A stretch of DNA of 24,151 bases from a virus (IMGVR_UViG_3300049780_000027:1-24151), one strand, 5' to 3'. Positions 14,844 through 24,149 are shown, numbered from the stretch's first letter. Notes: generated from the sequence alone by a model not told the origin. A program made the numbers and translations.

Positions 14844-15371
14844 TCACGTGGTGGTGTAGGTGAGCGCGACGGCGACGACTTCCATGTCGCCGGCCGCGGT
14901 GTCGGAGCCGTTGGCGGCGTCCCGCGCCAGGTAGGCGACCACGAAATCGCCCGCCGCGAGCGAGTCGGCGTTGGTGAGCGTCAGCGAGATTTCGCCCACC
15001 TTCCCGGCCGTCGTGGCCGGGACCGCCGTCGCCGAGCTGGTGTTGGCGGCGGCGAACGCTTTCGCGTCGGCGTCGGTCGCGTCGCCGGGCGTGATCGCCG
15101 CCAGGCGCCCTTCGACGATCACGTTGCCGGTGACCGCGGACGCCATCTTGAACTGCACCTTCAGGACAGGCCCAGAGGCGTAGTCGGCCGGCATCCGAAA
15201 CGACCAGTACAGCTGTTCTTTGGTGGAGGCGTCGAAGAGGGCGTGCTTGAAGTACGGGCTCGGCGCGCTCGCCGAGCTCTTCACTTTTCTGATGTCGGGG
15301 GCGGCGTTCGATGCGGACCCGTCGGGCAGGTCGGCCGCCCCGATCGGCAGAATGATGGTCCCGGTGGCCAT
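14844..15371 (-). CDS. Putative virion structural protein
   Basis: Ala/Thr-rich beta-type sequence in tail region; AAGGAGG RBS. Confidence 0.7.
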   Translation of the reverse strand: MATGTIILPIGAADLPDGSASNAAPDIRKVKSSASAPSPYFKHALFDASTKEQLYWSFRMPADYASGPVLKVQFKMASAVTGNVIVEGRLAAITPGDATDADAKAFAAANTSSATAVPATTAGKVGEISLTLTNADSLAAGDFVVAYLARDAANGSDTAAGDMEVVAVALTYTTT

Positions 15372-15383
15372 GCGGCGTCCTCC

Positions 15384-15833
15384 TTACGGGGTCAGGTCGA
15401 GCAGGAAGATGCCCAGCGAGTCGTGCGTGACCAGGAACGTGCCGTCCTGAGTTTCAAAATCTTCGCCGAACCAGACGGCGGCGAGGGCGCGGTCGGCGTG
15501 GGCGTCGTCGTACAGGAGATAGCCCTCGGCGATGATCGTCGAGTCGGGGATGGAGAAGTTGTCGCCGTCAAACTTCATCGACCCGGAGGCGTGGGTGAGG
15601 GTGGTGTTGACCACCAGCACGCCGCCCGCCGTATATCCGGCCCCACTGGATTCGTTGGCGGTCGCCCACGTGCCCGCGTTGTAGGCGGTGTCCGTCCCGA
15701 AGTTCGGGGTGACGGCAACGCCGAAAAACGCGGCCTTCAGGTCGGTCTCCGAGGTGAGATCCGTCGCCAACTGGGAGTCGTCCCACTTGTCGATGTGGGC
15801 GGCCACCATCAGCCCGGACGCGCTCCACGCCAT
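15384..15833 (-). CDS. Putative tail/baseplate structural protein
   Basis: NESSGAGYTAGG, YLLYDD and GIF motifs typical of small phage tail-fibre-base proteins. Confidence 0.72.
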   Translation of the reverse strand: MAWSASGLMVAAHIDKWDDSQLATDLTSETDLKAAFFGVAVTPNFGTDTAYNAGTWATANESSGAGYTAGGVLVVNTTLTHASGSMKFDGDNFSIPDSTIIAEGYLLYDDAHADRALAAVWFGEDFETQDGTFLVTHDSLGIFLLDLTP

Positions 15834-16258
15834 CAGGCACCGTCCTTTCCGAATCGGGCCCGGCCGCGCACAACCTTGGGCGTGGCCTCGACCGAGCCGG
15901 GCGCCAGCCCGTCAGGGGCGGCCGCCGCCGCGGTGGTGGAGAGCTGGGCCATGGCGTCGAGCAGCGTCCCGTGCTGGGCACGGATGCGGGCGATCTCCTG
16001 CTCGTGCTGCCGGATCTCGTCGGCCGGAGCGCCGCGGGCGGCCAGGCGGGTGATCTCCTGCTCGGCCTTGCGGATCGCATCGACGGCCCGCAGCCACGTG
16101 CGGGTCTCGGCCAGGGACTCCATCTCGACCCGGCGGGCCTGCCGCGTCTCGTCGGTGGGGTCGGTCGTGTGGGCTTCCTTCGCCGCCTGCAGCCGCTCCG
16201 CCTCATCTTCGAGCGCGACCTCCAGTTCGAGGCGTGCCCTCGCCCGGCCGCGCCTCAC
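15833..16258 (-). CDS. Hypothetical coiled-coil phage protein
   Basis: Coupled at both ends; Glu/Arg/Ala-rich helices. Confidence 0.65.
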   Translation of the reverse strand: MRRGRARARLELEVALEDEAERLQAAKEAHTTDPTDETRQARRVEMESLAETRTWLRAVDAIRKAEQEITRLAARGAPADEIRQHEQEIARIRAQHGTLLDAMAQLSTTAAAAAPDGLAPGSVEATPKVVRGRARFGKDGA

Positions 16259-16497
16259 CGGAGCCTCCCCACCACGAGGGGGGCGTGGACGTGCACGTCC
16301 CGGTGCTCGCCGTGCCGGTCGGTGCGGTCGCGGACGGCCACGACCGCACCCGAGTCCGTCATGCGCCGGATGACGCGTACGACGCGCAGGCCGCGCCGCT
16401 CCTCCCGCGCCACGGGGCGGGCCCGGCCCGGGTTGGATTGGACAGTTTTGAGCCGGGCCAGATCTGCGGGCGTGAAGCCCTGAACACTTCCAGGCAT
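16255..16497 (-). CDS. Small basic hypothetical phage protein (80 aa)
   Basis: ATG 16497 after GAGGAGAGGTGA; stop overlaps next GTG. Confidence 0.6.
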   Translation of the reverse strand: MPGSVQGFTPADLARLKTVQSNPGRARPVAREERRGLRVVRVIRRMTDSGAVVAVRDRTDRHGEHRDVHVHAPLVVGRLR

Positions 16498-16531
16498 GCC
16501 GAGATCACCTCTCCTCAGGGGTGGTGGTGGG

Positions 16532-19024
16532 TCAGGCTGTTGCGCCGCGCAGGCTGTATTCCAGGCCCATCGCCTGCGTGAGCCGGCCAATGTCGGCCTC
16601 TTCGCGGATGACGCTGCCGCGCAGGTCGACGTTGACGGCCGGCTGCCCGCCCGCGGCGGCTGGCGTCTGGGCGGGCGGCGTGTTGTACGGCACGCCCTGC
16701 ATGCCGAGCCCGGCCATGGCCGGGTTTTTGCCGATGCTGCCCGCGAACATGCCGAGACTGCCCATACCACTGCTGGCTGCCGCGGCTTGAGCACCGGTGA
16801 TGGCGGCGTTGACGAGGCTGGTCGCCGTATCGCGGACGACGTCCGACATGGCGTTCATCCCGAGGACGAAGCCCTGCATGGACTGGGTGCCGATCTTCTC
16901 GAACACCTTCGAAGGCGAATGGATGCCGAGCAGGTTCTTGGCCGCATCGACGGCGTTTTGTACGGTGCCTCTCGCTGATTCAACGAGTTGACCGGCCATC
17001 GACTTGATGCCGTTAATCATGCCGTTGATGAGGTCGCGTCCGGCCTGCAAAAGCCAGGAGCCGGCGGCGGAGAACACGGCCTTGATCTTGCCCGGCAGGG
17101 CCTTCAGCCAGGTGACCAGCTCATCCGCCTTCTGCGTGGCGCTGGTCTTGATCCCTTCCCACGAGCTGGCCGTCTGCGTCTTGAGGTCGTTCCAGCCGGT
17201 GACGAAGAAGTCCCGCACCTTGCCAGGAACACCGCGCAGCCAGCTGACCAGCTCGTCTGCTTTTCGCGTGGTGCCCGACTTGATCCCTTCCCACGATTCG
17301 GCCGTCTTCGCTTTCAGGTTGTTCCAGCCGGTGACGAAGAACTCTTGGACCCTGGTCGGGACCTGTCCGAGCCAGCCGATGATGTCGTCCCAGGCCGCGA
17401 CCGTCGTGTCCTTGACGGACGCCCAGCTGTCGGCGAAGAACGGGCCTACCGAAGAGTCGAACCAGGCGGTGAATTCGTTCCAGTCCGCCTCCACATCGGC
17501 CGGGGACGGGAACATCTTCTTCAGCTCGGTCATGGCCTGCTCGCCGAGGGCGGCGAACACGTTCTCCCACGAGCGGGACCATTGGTCGGCGGATGCTGAC
17601 GCGGTGTCGCCGAGCGTCTTGTCGGCTTCCTGGACCGCGCCGGAGAAGTCGCCGATCGTGGTCTTCGCCTGGTCCAGGTTGAGGGCGTTGATCGACTTGG
17701 CCATGTCTTCGGCCTTGGTCCCGAACAGGGCGACCGCGAGCTGGGATCGCTTGGCGGGGTCTTCGACCTCGCCGAGCTTCTCCAGGATCTGCTGCAGGGC
17801 TTCGCGGGCTTTCGGGCCGCCCTTGGCGAACGCGTCCGCCATCTCCTTCGCGTTCAACCCGAGGGCCTTCAGCGCGGGGGCGGCCGACATGTCCTTGACG
17901 CGGATGTCCAGCTCTTTCAGGGCGTCGGCGACGGTGTCGGAGTCGCGGGCGCCGGCCTTCAAGCCCTGAGCGAGGAGGCCGAGCGCGTCCTTCGCGTCCA
18001 GGCCGAGATCGCGGAAGATCGTCGAATACTCGTTGAAAGTATCCAAGAGGTCATCGGACTTGTTGACGCCCTCCTGCTGGCCGCGGATCAGAACGTCGAA
18101 CGCGTCCTTCGCGGACGGGGCGAGATCGTTGCGCAGCATCTGGGCGACGGCCCGGGTCACGGAGGACACGTCCTCATCCATCACCTTGGCCACCGTCAGC
18201 GCCTGCGCGGTCATGTCCTTCAGCGCGGAGTCGCCCAGCTTGCCCGCGCCGTCGATGTTCTGCAGCACCCGGGCGAGAGCGTCAGTGACGTCGCCGAGGC
18301 TTTCGCCGTAGGCGTCGGCGTACAGCTCACCCGCGATCGTGCCCAGGCGTTCCGACTCGGCGCCGAACGCGCCGACCTTCACCGCCAGCGTGGCGAACAG
18401 GTCCTCTCGCTCCATCGCGGTTTTGATGCCGTCCAGGAGCATGCCGCCGATCGCCGCGCCGGCGGCTGCGGCGAGGCCGACCGCTCCGGCCTTCAACCCG
18501 CCGATGAGGGATTCGCCGATCCCGGCCATTCGGCCGCCGCCCCGCCCGCCACCGCCGCCGTCTTCGACGCCGTCGCCGAACTCCTGGCCCGTCTTGCGGC
18601 CCTGCTCGCGCGCCTGCTCGGGGGCATCTTTCAGCCCGTCCTTGAGGCCTTCGGCGAGCTCCTGGCCTGCCTTCTTGCCGGATTCTTTGGCGTCGTCGTC
18701 GAGCTGGCTAAACGCCTTGTCAAGTTCGGCGTCGAGCTCGGCCGCGAACCGGTCCGCGTCGGCCAGCATGTCGGCCAAGCTCGTGTCGAGCTCGCGCTCC
18801 AGCTGGTCCAGGTCGGCGATGGCTGACGCCGGGTCGAGGCCGTCGGCGATGGCCCGCTCGATCTCGGAGAAGCTTTTGGTGACCGTGGACTCGATCGACG
18901 CCGTCTTGGTCGACGTGGTGGATTCCAGCCGGCCGAGGCTGTTCTCCGCTGACCGGAGTTCGGAGGCGAAGCCCTTGTCTTCCAGGTCGATGAAGCCGGT
19001 CAGCTCGCCCACGGTCATGCCCAC
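16532..19024 (-). CDS. Tape measure protein
   Basis: 830 aa, Ala/Gly-rich helical; DDLLDTFNEYS, LFGTKAED, 11-residue Trp/Phe periodicity, LGIHSPSKVF. Confidence 0.95.
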   Translation of the reverse strand: MGMTVGELTGFIDLEDKGFASELRSAENSLGRLESTTSTKTASIESTVTKSFSEIERAIADGLDPASAIADLDQLERELDTSLADMLADADRFAAELDAELDKAFSQLDDDAKESGKKAGQELAEGLKDGLKDAPEQAREQGRKTGQEFGDGVEDGGGGGRGGGRMAGIGESLIGGLKAGAVGLAAAAGAAIGGMLLDGIKTAMEREDLFATLAVKVGAFGAESERLGTIAGELYADAYGESLGDVTDALARVLQNIDGAGKLGDSALKDMTAQALTVAKVMDEDVSSVTRAVAQMLRNDLAPSAKDAFDVLIRGQQEGVNKSDDLLDTFNEYSTIFRDLGLDAKDALGLLAQGLKAGARDSDTVADALKELDIRVKDMSAAPALKALGLNAKEMADAFAKGGPKAREALQQILEKLGEVEDPAKRSQLAVALFGTKAEDMAKSINALNLDQAKTTIGDFSGAVQEADKTLGDTASASADQWSRSWENVFAALGEQAMTELKKMFPSPADVEADWNEFTAWFDSSVGPFFADSWASVKDTTVAAWDDIIGWLGQVPTRVQEFFVTGWNNLKAKTAESWEGIKSGTTRKADELVSWLRGVPGKVRDFFVTGWNDLKTQTASSWEGIKTSATQKADELVTWLKALPGKIKAVFSAAGSWLLQAGRDLINGMINGIKSMAGQLVESARGTVQNAVDAAKNLLGIHSPSKVFEKIGTQSMQGFVLGMNAMSDVVRDTATSLVNAAITGAQAAAASSGMGSLGMFAGSIGKNPAMAGLGMQGVPYNTPPAQTPAAAGGQPAVNVDLRGSVIREEADIGRLTQAMGLEYSLRGATA

Positions 19025-19043
19025 GAGAGGTCACCGCCTCTCG

Positions 19044-19705
19044 TCACAGGGTGTTGATGTAGGAGCGGGCGCGTTCGCCGGTCAACTCGACCGGCGCATG
19101 GGCGATAACGTGCCGGTACAGCGCCTGGGGGCTGAGCCCGTACAAGAGGGTGTAGAAGCGCCGCCAGGTCAGATCGGCTATCGCTTGCGGCGCGAGGCCG
19201 TACTCCCTGAAGAAGTCCGCTTCGATGATCGGCCAGTACTTCCTGACGCGCCGCTCGCCGGGGTCGAGCTCTGGCCTTTTCCCTCCGCGTCCTCGCCGTC
19301 ATCCTTGGACCTGACGACCTCGTACGCCTCCCGGAAGGTGATCGGCTTGCCCTTGCCGTGCGACAGGCCCCAGGCGAGGATCACCCGGAACTCGCGCGCC
19401 CCCATCCCGGCCTCGCGCCACACGTCGAGCACATCAACGCCGAACAGCTCGGCGAGCAGGTCGGCGAACGCCCGGTCATCGCTGCTGTCCTTGAGGCGTT
19501 GCGACTTCTGCTCGTACCTGAGGGGCAGGTCCTGCGGCACCTTGATGGTGACGCCGCGGATGGTCTCGGTGGGGGCGTGGCCGTGCTCGGCCGCCTCCTG
19601 GCGGAGGGTTTCGTCCCAGAACTCGTCGAAGCCCTGAAACTCGGCCTCGTCGCGCTCGGTGGGCTCGTCCAGGGCGTCGGCGTCGAATGGCTCGGAATTC
19701 GACAT
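19044..19705 (-). CDS. Extended tail assembly chaperone (gpGT-like, about 220 aa) via -1 frameshift
   Basis: In-frame G GGA AAA heptamer (19283-19277); -1 frame open to TGA at 19046-19044 encoding KYWPIIEADFFREYGL...LTWRRFYTLLYGLSP. Confidence 0.85.
19178..19705 (-). CDS. Tail assembly chaperone (gpG-like)
   Basis: Between tail tube and tape measure; acidic N-terminus; low-complexity tail after slippery site. Confidence 0.85.
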   Translation of the reverse strand: MSNSEPFDADALDEPTERDEAEFQGFDEFWDETLRQEAAEHGHAPTETIRGVTIKVPQDLPLRYEQKSQRLKDSSDDRAFADLLAELFGVDVLDVWREAGMGAREFRVILAWGLSHGKGKPITFREAYEVVRSKDDGEDAEGKGQSSTPASGASGSTGRSSKRTSSGSTASRRKR

Positions 19706-19707
19706 GA

Positions 19708-20166
19708 TCAGGCCACCTCCGCCGTGGTGGTCAGGCCGGACTTGGTGATGGTGGCGGACCAGGCGGAAACCGGGTTGGTTTCACCTCCGGTCTCGCCCAC
19801 GCTCACGGTGCACGACCAGATCTTCCACTCGGTGTCCATCGGGTGCCGGAACCGGATGCGGCCGAGCGAGTCGAAGCCGACCTTGTCCTCGCCGGCCATC
19901 TCTTCGATGCGGGCCCGGCCCGGCTGCAGGGCGCCGGTGAGGTGGTCCTTCAGTTCGTCGCCTGCGAGCGCCATGGAGGCGCCGCGCTGCATGACCCACT
20001 GCTCGTACGCGCCCTCGCTGTCGAAGTTGGTGATGTCGGCCGTCTCTTCGTTTTCGGCCCGGTTGATGGTGGCCGACTTCAGGTTTTCGACGCGCAGCCA
20101 CGTGTCGGGTGTCGCGCTTTCGGCTTGGATGATGATGTCCCGCGCGGGGATCTGCACTGCCGTCAT
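19708..20166 (-). CDS. Major tail (tube) protein
   Basis: ETADITNFDSEG, RIRFRHP, SAWSATITKSG; position in operon. Confidence 0.85.
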   Translation of the reverse strand: MTAVQIPARDIIIQAESATPDTWLRVENLKSATINRAENEETADITNFDSEGAYEQWVMQRGASMALAGDELKDHLTGALQPGRARIEEMAGEDKVGFDSLGRIRFRHPMDTEWKIWSCTVSVGETGGETNPVSAWSATITKSGLTTTAEVA

Positions 20167-20573
20167 GCTGGGTTCTCCCTGTTCGTGCTGGTCCGGCTGA
20201 TCTCGCAGCGGAAGTTGACGGTGTACTCGTCACGGCTGTTGGCGTCCTGGCCGATGAAGACTGGCCCGCCGTTGAGGCCGACCAGCTGCGACAGCCAGGT
20301 CCCGCCCGGCAACGTCATGCGCTCCAAGCCGTTGAGCCGGTCGTAGATGAGCTCCGCGTCACGCTCGGCGACGCGTACGTCGGCGGCGGGGCCGCGGCAT
20401 CGGAACTGGACGTTGGGGGCGTCGTAGTTGTCGGCGAGCACCGATTCCGTGCCGCCGTAGCGGGCGACCGCGACCGCGCGGTCTGGGGCGGCCGGCAGCT
20501 TCGTGGAGTAGGCGGGGCCGATGTCGAGGTCGAGCAGGTCGAGCAGCGCGATCAGCTCTTCCAGGAGGGTCAT
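20163..20573 (-). CDS. Tail terminator / minor capsid-3-like protein
   Basis: LPAAPDRAVAV, PNVQFRCRG, FIGQDANSRDEYTVNF. Confidence 0.8.
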   Translation of the reverse strand: MTLLEELIALLDLLDLDIGPAYSTKLPAAPDRAVAVARYGGTESVLADNYDAPNVQFRCRGPAADVRVAERDAELIYDRLNGLERMTLPGGTWLSQLVGLNGGPVFIGQDANSRDEYTVNFRCEISRTSTNRENPA

Positions 20574-20920
20574 CTCAGGCTCCGCCTGATCTCTGCGGCG
20601 ATCAGCTCCCGCATGACCGCCTGCTCGCTGTTCATCGGCTCCTCCAGGTATTTAGCCTGGCGGCCCTCGTCGTGCCTCCACGTGAGCTCTTCGTGCTGCC
20701 TCACCGCGTACGGCGTGGAGTAGGAGACGGCGGCGCGAAGGTTGGCTTCGTCGACGGTGACGGTGCCTGACCGCTCCAAGGTGCCCTCTTCGTGCGGGAC
20801 CAGCTCGCGCGACTTCTGCAGGAGGTGTTCGGCGGCCACCTTCAGCCCCTTCAGCGCCCCCGCGCGCTCGGCCGCGAGGATCTTGCCCAGGTTGGATTTC
20901 AGTACGGCACGGACCGCCAC
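20570..20920 (-). CDS. Head-tail component (HK97 gp10 / minor capsid-2-like)
   Basis: LVPHEEGTLERSG, YSTPYAVRQHE, QAKYLEEP. Confidence 0.85.
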   Translation of the reverse strand: MAVRAVLKSNLGKILAAERAGALKGLKVAAEHLLQKSRELVPHEEGTLERSGTVTVDEANLRAAVSYSTPYAVRQHEELTWRHDEGRQAKYLEEPMNSEQAVMRELIAAEIRRSLR

Positions 20921-20928
20921 GGAGCCTC

Positions 20929-21243
20929 CTACTGGAGAGCCACCTCAAGGTGGTCGGGGGTGGGCAGGCCGCCGCCGTCCCGCCGAGACTCGGCCAGGAC
21001 CGTGGTTTGGCGGCCGTTGACGGTCACGCGGGAGTGGACGGGGCAGACGGTGTCGAGCGGCGCGTAGAACGTGGTCTCGGACACGACCTGGTCGCCGGTC
21101 GGCCCGATCACCAGCCTGCGTTTGTCGTCGACGAAGCAGGCGACCGTGGCAGCGTCGCCGTACTCCGGGCCGAACGGTCCATCGCCCTCGAACGGCTCCA
21201 CCTGGACGGTGTGCCGGAGGAGGAAGCCGGGAAGCTCACCCAT
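20929..21243 (-). CDS. Head-tail stopper/closure protein (104 aa)
   Basis: ATG 21243 overlapping upstream TGA; LRHTVQVEPFEG, RRLVIGPTGDQVVS, PDHLEVAL. Confidence 0.78.
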   Translation of the reverse strand: MGELPGFLLRHTVQVEPFEGDGPFGPEYGDAATVACFVDDKRRLVIGPTGDQVVSETTFYAPLDTVCPVHSRVTVNGRQTTVLAESRRDGGGLPTPDHLEVALQ

Positions 21244-21644
21244 CAGCAGTACGTCCACGGCGAGAAGCCGGTCAGCCCGGCCTGCTGGAGGATCGCCCAC
21301 GCTTGGGAAGCGAGGCGGGTTGCGGCCGAGCTTCCGCCACCCGCCCCGCCGCTCTGGGCCCTGCCGAGGCTGACGGAGCCGATGGACACGTTGGCGTACT
21401 CGCCGAGCGCCCCCGTCCCGTCCTCGCCCACCGCGGCCCAGGCGGCGACCTGCTCGCAGGTGGCCTCCTTCAGCGCGGTGATGTGGGCGGGCGTGGTGGG
21501 CAGGCCGTCCTCGTCGACGTCGTAGACGGAGGAGAGCAGGGCTTGGTCGACGGCGCGGGACGCCCGCGTGAGCAGCAGGGTGGCGTTGTTGGGGGCGGTG
21601 GCCATGTAGTCGGGTACGAGATCGTCGATGGTGGCGTACGTCAT
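21243..21644 (-). CDS. Head-tail adaptor/connector
   Basis: MTYATIDDL, LLTRASRAVD, LKEATCEQV, SIGSVSL, AILQQAGL. Confidence 0.82.
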   Translation of the reverse strand: MTYATIDDLVPDYMATAPNNATLLLTRASRAVDQALLSSVYDVDEDGLPTTPAHITALKEATCEQVAAWAAVGEDGTGALGEYANVSIGSVSLGRAQSGGAGGGSSAATRLASQAWAILQQAGLTGFSPWTYC

Positions 21645-21720
21645 CGCTGCCTCCTTCCAGTGCTGTGCGCGGGCGGGCGCACACCCCTCCAGAGCCCCAC
21701 CCGCCCGCGCGCTCGTGGGG

Positions 21721-22077
21721 TCAGCCCGCGTCGAAAACCGCGGTCGTGACCGAGGTGGGCGTAGTGCCCGCGTAGTCCCACCACACGCTGCCGTCGGCCT
21801 GCCGAAAGGACGGGTCGAACGGGCCGAAAATCGCGTACCCGGCCGCGGGGATGGACGTGCCGGCCAGGTCGCCGACGGGCAGCGACGACGGGCCCACCAC
21901 GGTCGGGTTGATGAACGTCGGCACGATGGCCGAGTCGTCGCCGTTGAGGATGAAGATGAACCGGTGCGGCGCCCACGGGAAGCTGTTGCCGTCAGTGGTC
22001 TGTGCGGCCACGTCGACGGCGGTCGGGATGATGCCGGCCTCGGTCATCGCGGTGACGGCTACTGCAGTACGCGCCAT
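21721..22077 (-). CDS. Capsid-associated/decoration-like protein
   Basis: MARTAV... and GPFD; resembles 22365..22745. Confidence 0.65.
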   Translation of the reverse strand: MARTAVAVTAMTEAGIIPTAVDVAAQTTDGNSFPWAPHRFIFILNGDDSAIVPTFINPTVVGPSSLPVGDLAGTSIPAAGYAIFGPFDPSFRQADGSVWWDYAGTTPTSVTTAVFDAG

Positions 22078-22078
22078 G

Positions 22079-22360
22079 TCACTCGGCTCCGAACTTCTCG
22101 ATGAGATCGTTCTTCGTGAGCGCGTCGGCGTCGTCCGGGGTCATCCCGTTGTGGACTGCCCAGCCGACCCACTCCGCTTTCGAGGCTGTCTTGGCGGGCC
22201 GCTGCGGCTCTTCCTCGACGGCTTCGACGTAGGCGGTGCCGTCCTCGTTGACGCGCTTGAGGTAGCCCTTGACGGCTTTCTCCTGCATCACCTCGGGGAG
22301 GGGCAAGTCCATCTCCCAGATGGTCCCGCCCTCTCCCCGGTAGTACGCGCTCTCGGCCAC
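22079..22360 (-). CDS. Small phage protein with C-terminal helix-extension-helix-like motif
   Basis: PAKTASKAEWVGWAV...ADALTKNDLIE. Confidence 0.7.
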   Translation of the reverse strand: MAESAYYRGEGGTIWEMDLPLPEVMQEKAVKGYLKRVNEDGTAYVEAVEEEPQRPAKTASKAEWVGWAVHNGMTPDDADALTKNDLIEKFGAE

Positions 22361-22364
22361 CAGC

Positions 22365-22745
22365 TCAGACGCCCTTCGGGAGCAGCAGCGCGTCGATGGC
22401 GCCGGTCATGCCGGTCTCGAAGTCGATCTCCATCGTGCCGTTGCCCTGCAGCACACGGCCGGACTCGAACGGGCCGAGGTACTGCACGCCGGTCGTGGCG
22501 GCGACGGTGACGGTGAGGTCGCCCTGGCCGGCCGCGAGCGCCGGCGGGTAGTCGCCCGCTCGCACGGTGACCACGTTGGTCGAGCCCTCCGTGTTCGTGA
22601 CGCGGAGGACGGTCCGCTCCGGTTCGGCGGCGTTGATGACGACTCCGTTGGTGACGAGCGTGGAGTCGATGGTGGTGGCGCCGGTGGCGCCGTTGAGGCC
22701 CCCGTTCGCGACAAGCGCGCGGGGAGTGACAGCGGTACGAGGCAT
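22365..22745 (-). CDS. Capsid-associated/decoration-like protein
   Basis: Directly after MCP; MPRTAV..., VLRVTN, GDLTVTV, GPFESGR. Confidence 0.7.
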   Translation of the reverse strand: MPRTAVTPRALVANGGLNGATGATTIDSTLVTNGVVINAAEPERTVLRVTNTEGSTNVVTVRAGDYPPALAAGQGDLTVTVAATTGVQYLGPFESGRVLQGNGTMEIDFETGMTGAIDALLLPKGV

Positions 22746-22756
22746 GGGTCAGCTCC

Positions 22757-23593
22757 TCAGCTCTTCGAGGCGGTGAGGACCGCCAGCGAGTCGGGCCGGA
22801 TCAGCTTGGCTCCGTACACGTACAGGCCACGCAGCCGGTCAGCGAAGCGCACCTCACTGCGCAGGGCCTCGGTCTTGGTGACCTGCTCGGCGAAGGTGAG
22901 CGCCTGGGGTACGCCGGCGATGACGGCGTAGTCGTCGCCGGTGATGAGCGGCGCGTTGTTCGAGGTGTAGATGGTGAACCCGGCCGCCCGGCCGACCTTG
23001 CCGTTGAGCAGCGGCTCGGTGGAACCGCTCTTCTCGGCGTTGATGAAGTTCGCGTTCTTCTGCAGCAGGCCGTGGTACCACTCCGGGATGACGACGCGCC
23101 GGTTCATCTTGGGCACGTTCGCCTCGGACAGCTTCACTCCGAGGTCGACCAGCGCGTTGTAGGCGGCGTCGCCGGTGGTGATGGCGGTGGTGGTGATGGT
23201 GTTGGCCGACTGGACCGAGGTGTAGAACCCGGCCAGGTACTGGTCGACCACGTCGGCGATGCCGTACGCAGCCTCCTCCATCGCCTCGGGGACGACGTTG
23301 CCGCGGGCCTGCGCCATGTCGACGTCGTCGACCGAGAACGCCCAGTACTTCTCCTGATCAACGACCAGGGTCCGCTGGGCGTCGGTCAGTTCCTCGTAGG
23401 AGATGTCGGCATTGCGGGTGTAGCTGTTGATGGTGGGGCGGGAGACGGAGGTGATCCGCACGGTGTCTCCGGCTGCCTTGATTTCGCCCTCGTAGTCGCG
23501 GTTGGTGAACGCCTCGGCGTACACGTGCGACTTCTTCAGGCTGGACAGCAGGAGAGCGGACCAGATCTCCGGCCGAAACCGTGTGATCGCCAT
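22757..23593 (-). CDS. Major capsid protein (P22 coat/gp5-like family)
   Basis: FRPEIWSALLL, NRDYEGEI..GDTVRI, VDDVD, FADRLRGLYVYGAKLIRP. Confidence 0.92.
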   Translation of the reverse strand: MAITRFRPEIWSALLLSSLKKSHVYAEAFTNRDYEGEIKAAGDTVRITSVSRPTINSYTRNADISYEELTDAQRTLVVDQEKYWAFSVDDVDMAQARGNVVPEAMEEAAYGIADVVDQYLAGFYTSVQSANTITTTAITTGDAAYNALVDLGVKLSEANVPKMNRRVVIPEWYHGLLQKNANFINAEKSGSTEPLLNGKVGRAAGFTIYTSNNAPLITGDDYAVIAGVPQALTFAEQVTKTEALRSEVRFADRLRGLYVYGAKLIRPDSLAVLTASKS

Positions 23594-23609
23594 GATGTCC
23601 TCTCAGGGG

Positions 23610-24149
23610 TTACATGAGGTGCTTGAGCTTGCCTTCCGCATACGCCTTCGCTATCTGGTCGGGCGTCATGTTGGCGAGCTGCTGTTCGGTGATGGGCTGG
23701 CCCTCGCCCGGGGAGCCGGTGAACTCTCCGCCGGAGACGGCGGGAGCGGGTGGCGTGGTGGACGAGGTTGGGGACTGTGCTGCGAGCCACGGGTTCGACT
23801 GCAGGATCGCGCCGAGCTTGGTGCGCAGCTGGTCGTTGAAGCCGGCCGCGTTGGGGTCGAGCTCGGCGGCCAGGTTGGTGAACGCCGTGCTGTCGAACAG
23901 GGCCTGGCTGTTGATGCCGAGCGCGGACGCCGCGGCGAAGGCGTGCATCGACACGAGCGCGGTGCGCTCTGAGACGCGACGCTTCGCGTTCTCGGACCGC
24001 TGGTCGGCGATCTCCTTCTGCGCCCACTGGGGGAGCCGGGAGACGTCCCGCGTCCCGTCGTCGGCCGGCGGCTGCTGTGCGGCCGTCGGGGGCGGTGTGG
24101 GGATGGCGGGTGGCGGTGTCCACTGCGGAGCCTGCGGCGTGGGCTGCTG
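23610..24149 (-). CDS. Capsid scaffolding protein, 5'-truncated
   Basis: Frame open to window edge: Pro/Gln-rich, DVSRLPQWAQKEIADQRSENAKRR, C-terminal QLANMTPDQIAKAYAEGKL; directly upstream of MCP. Confidence 0.8.
   Translation of the reverse strand, partial: QQPTPQAPQWTPPPAIPTPPPTAAQQPPADDGTRDVSRLPQWAQKEIADQRSENAKRRVSERTALVSMHAFAAASALGINSQALFDSTAFTNLAAELDPNAAGFNDQLRTKLGAILQSNPWLAAQSPTSSTTPPAPAVSGGEFTGSPGEGQPITEQQLANMTPDQIAKAYAEGKLKHLM

Noticed and set aside
17100-17420. 132-bp (44-aa) tandem repeat as possible DGR or array
   Set aside because: Ordinary 11-residue-period tape measure repeats; no reverse transcriptase in window
19015-19302. 95-aa ORF between chaperone and tape measure
   Set aside because: Wrong frame; the -1 frame ending at 19044 carries the conserved-looking sequence
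11247-19637. Long + strand ORFs (11247..12629, 14640..16373, 17004..17969, 18339..19637)
   Set aside because: Antisense shadows expected in high-GC coding DNA; no motifs
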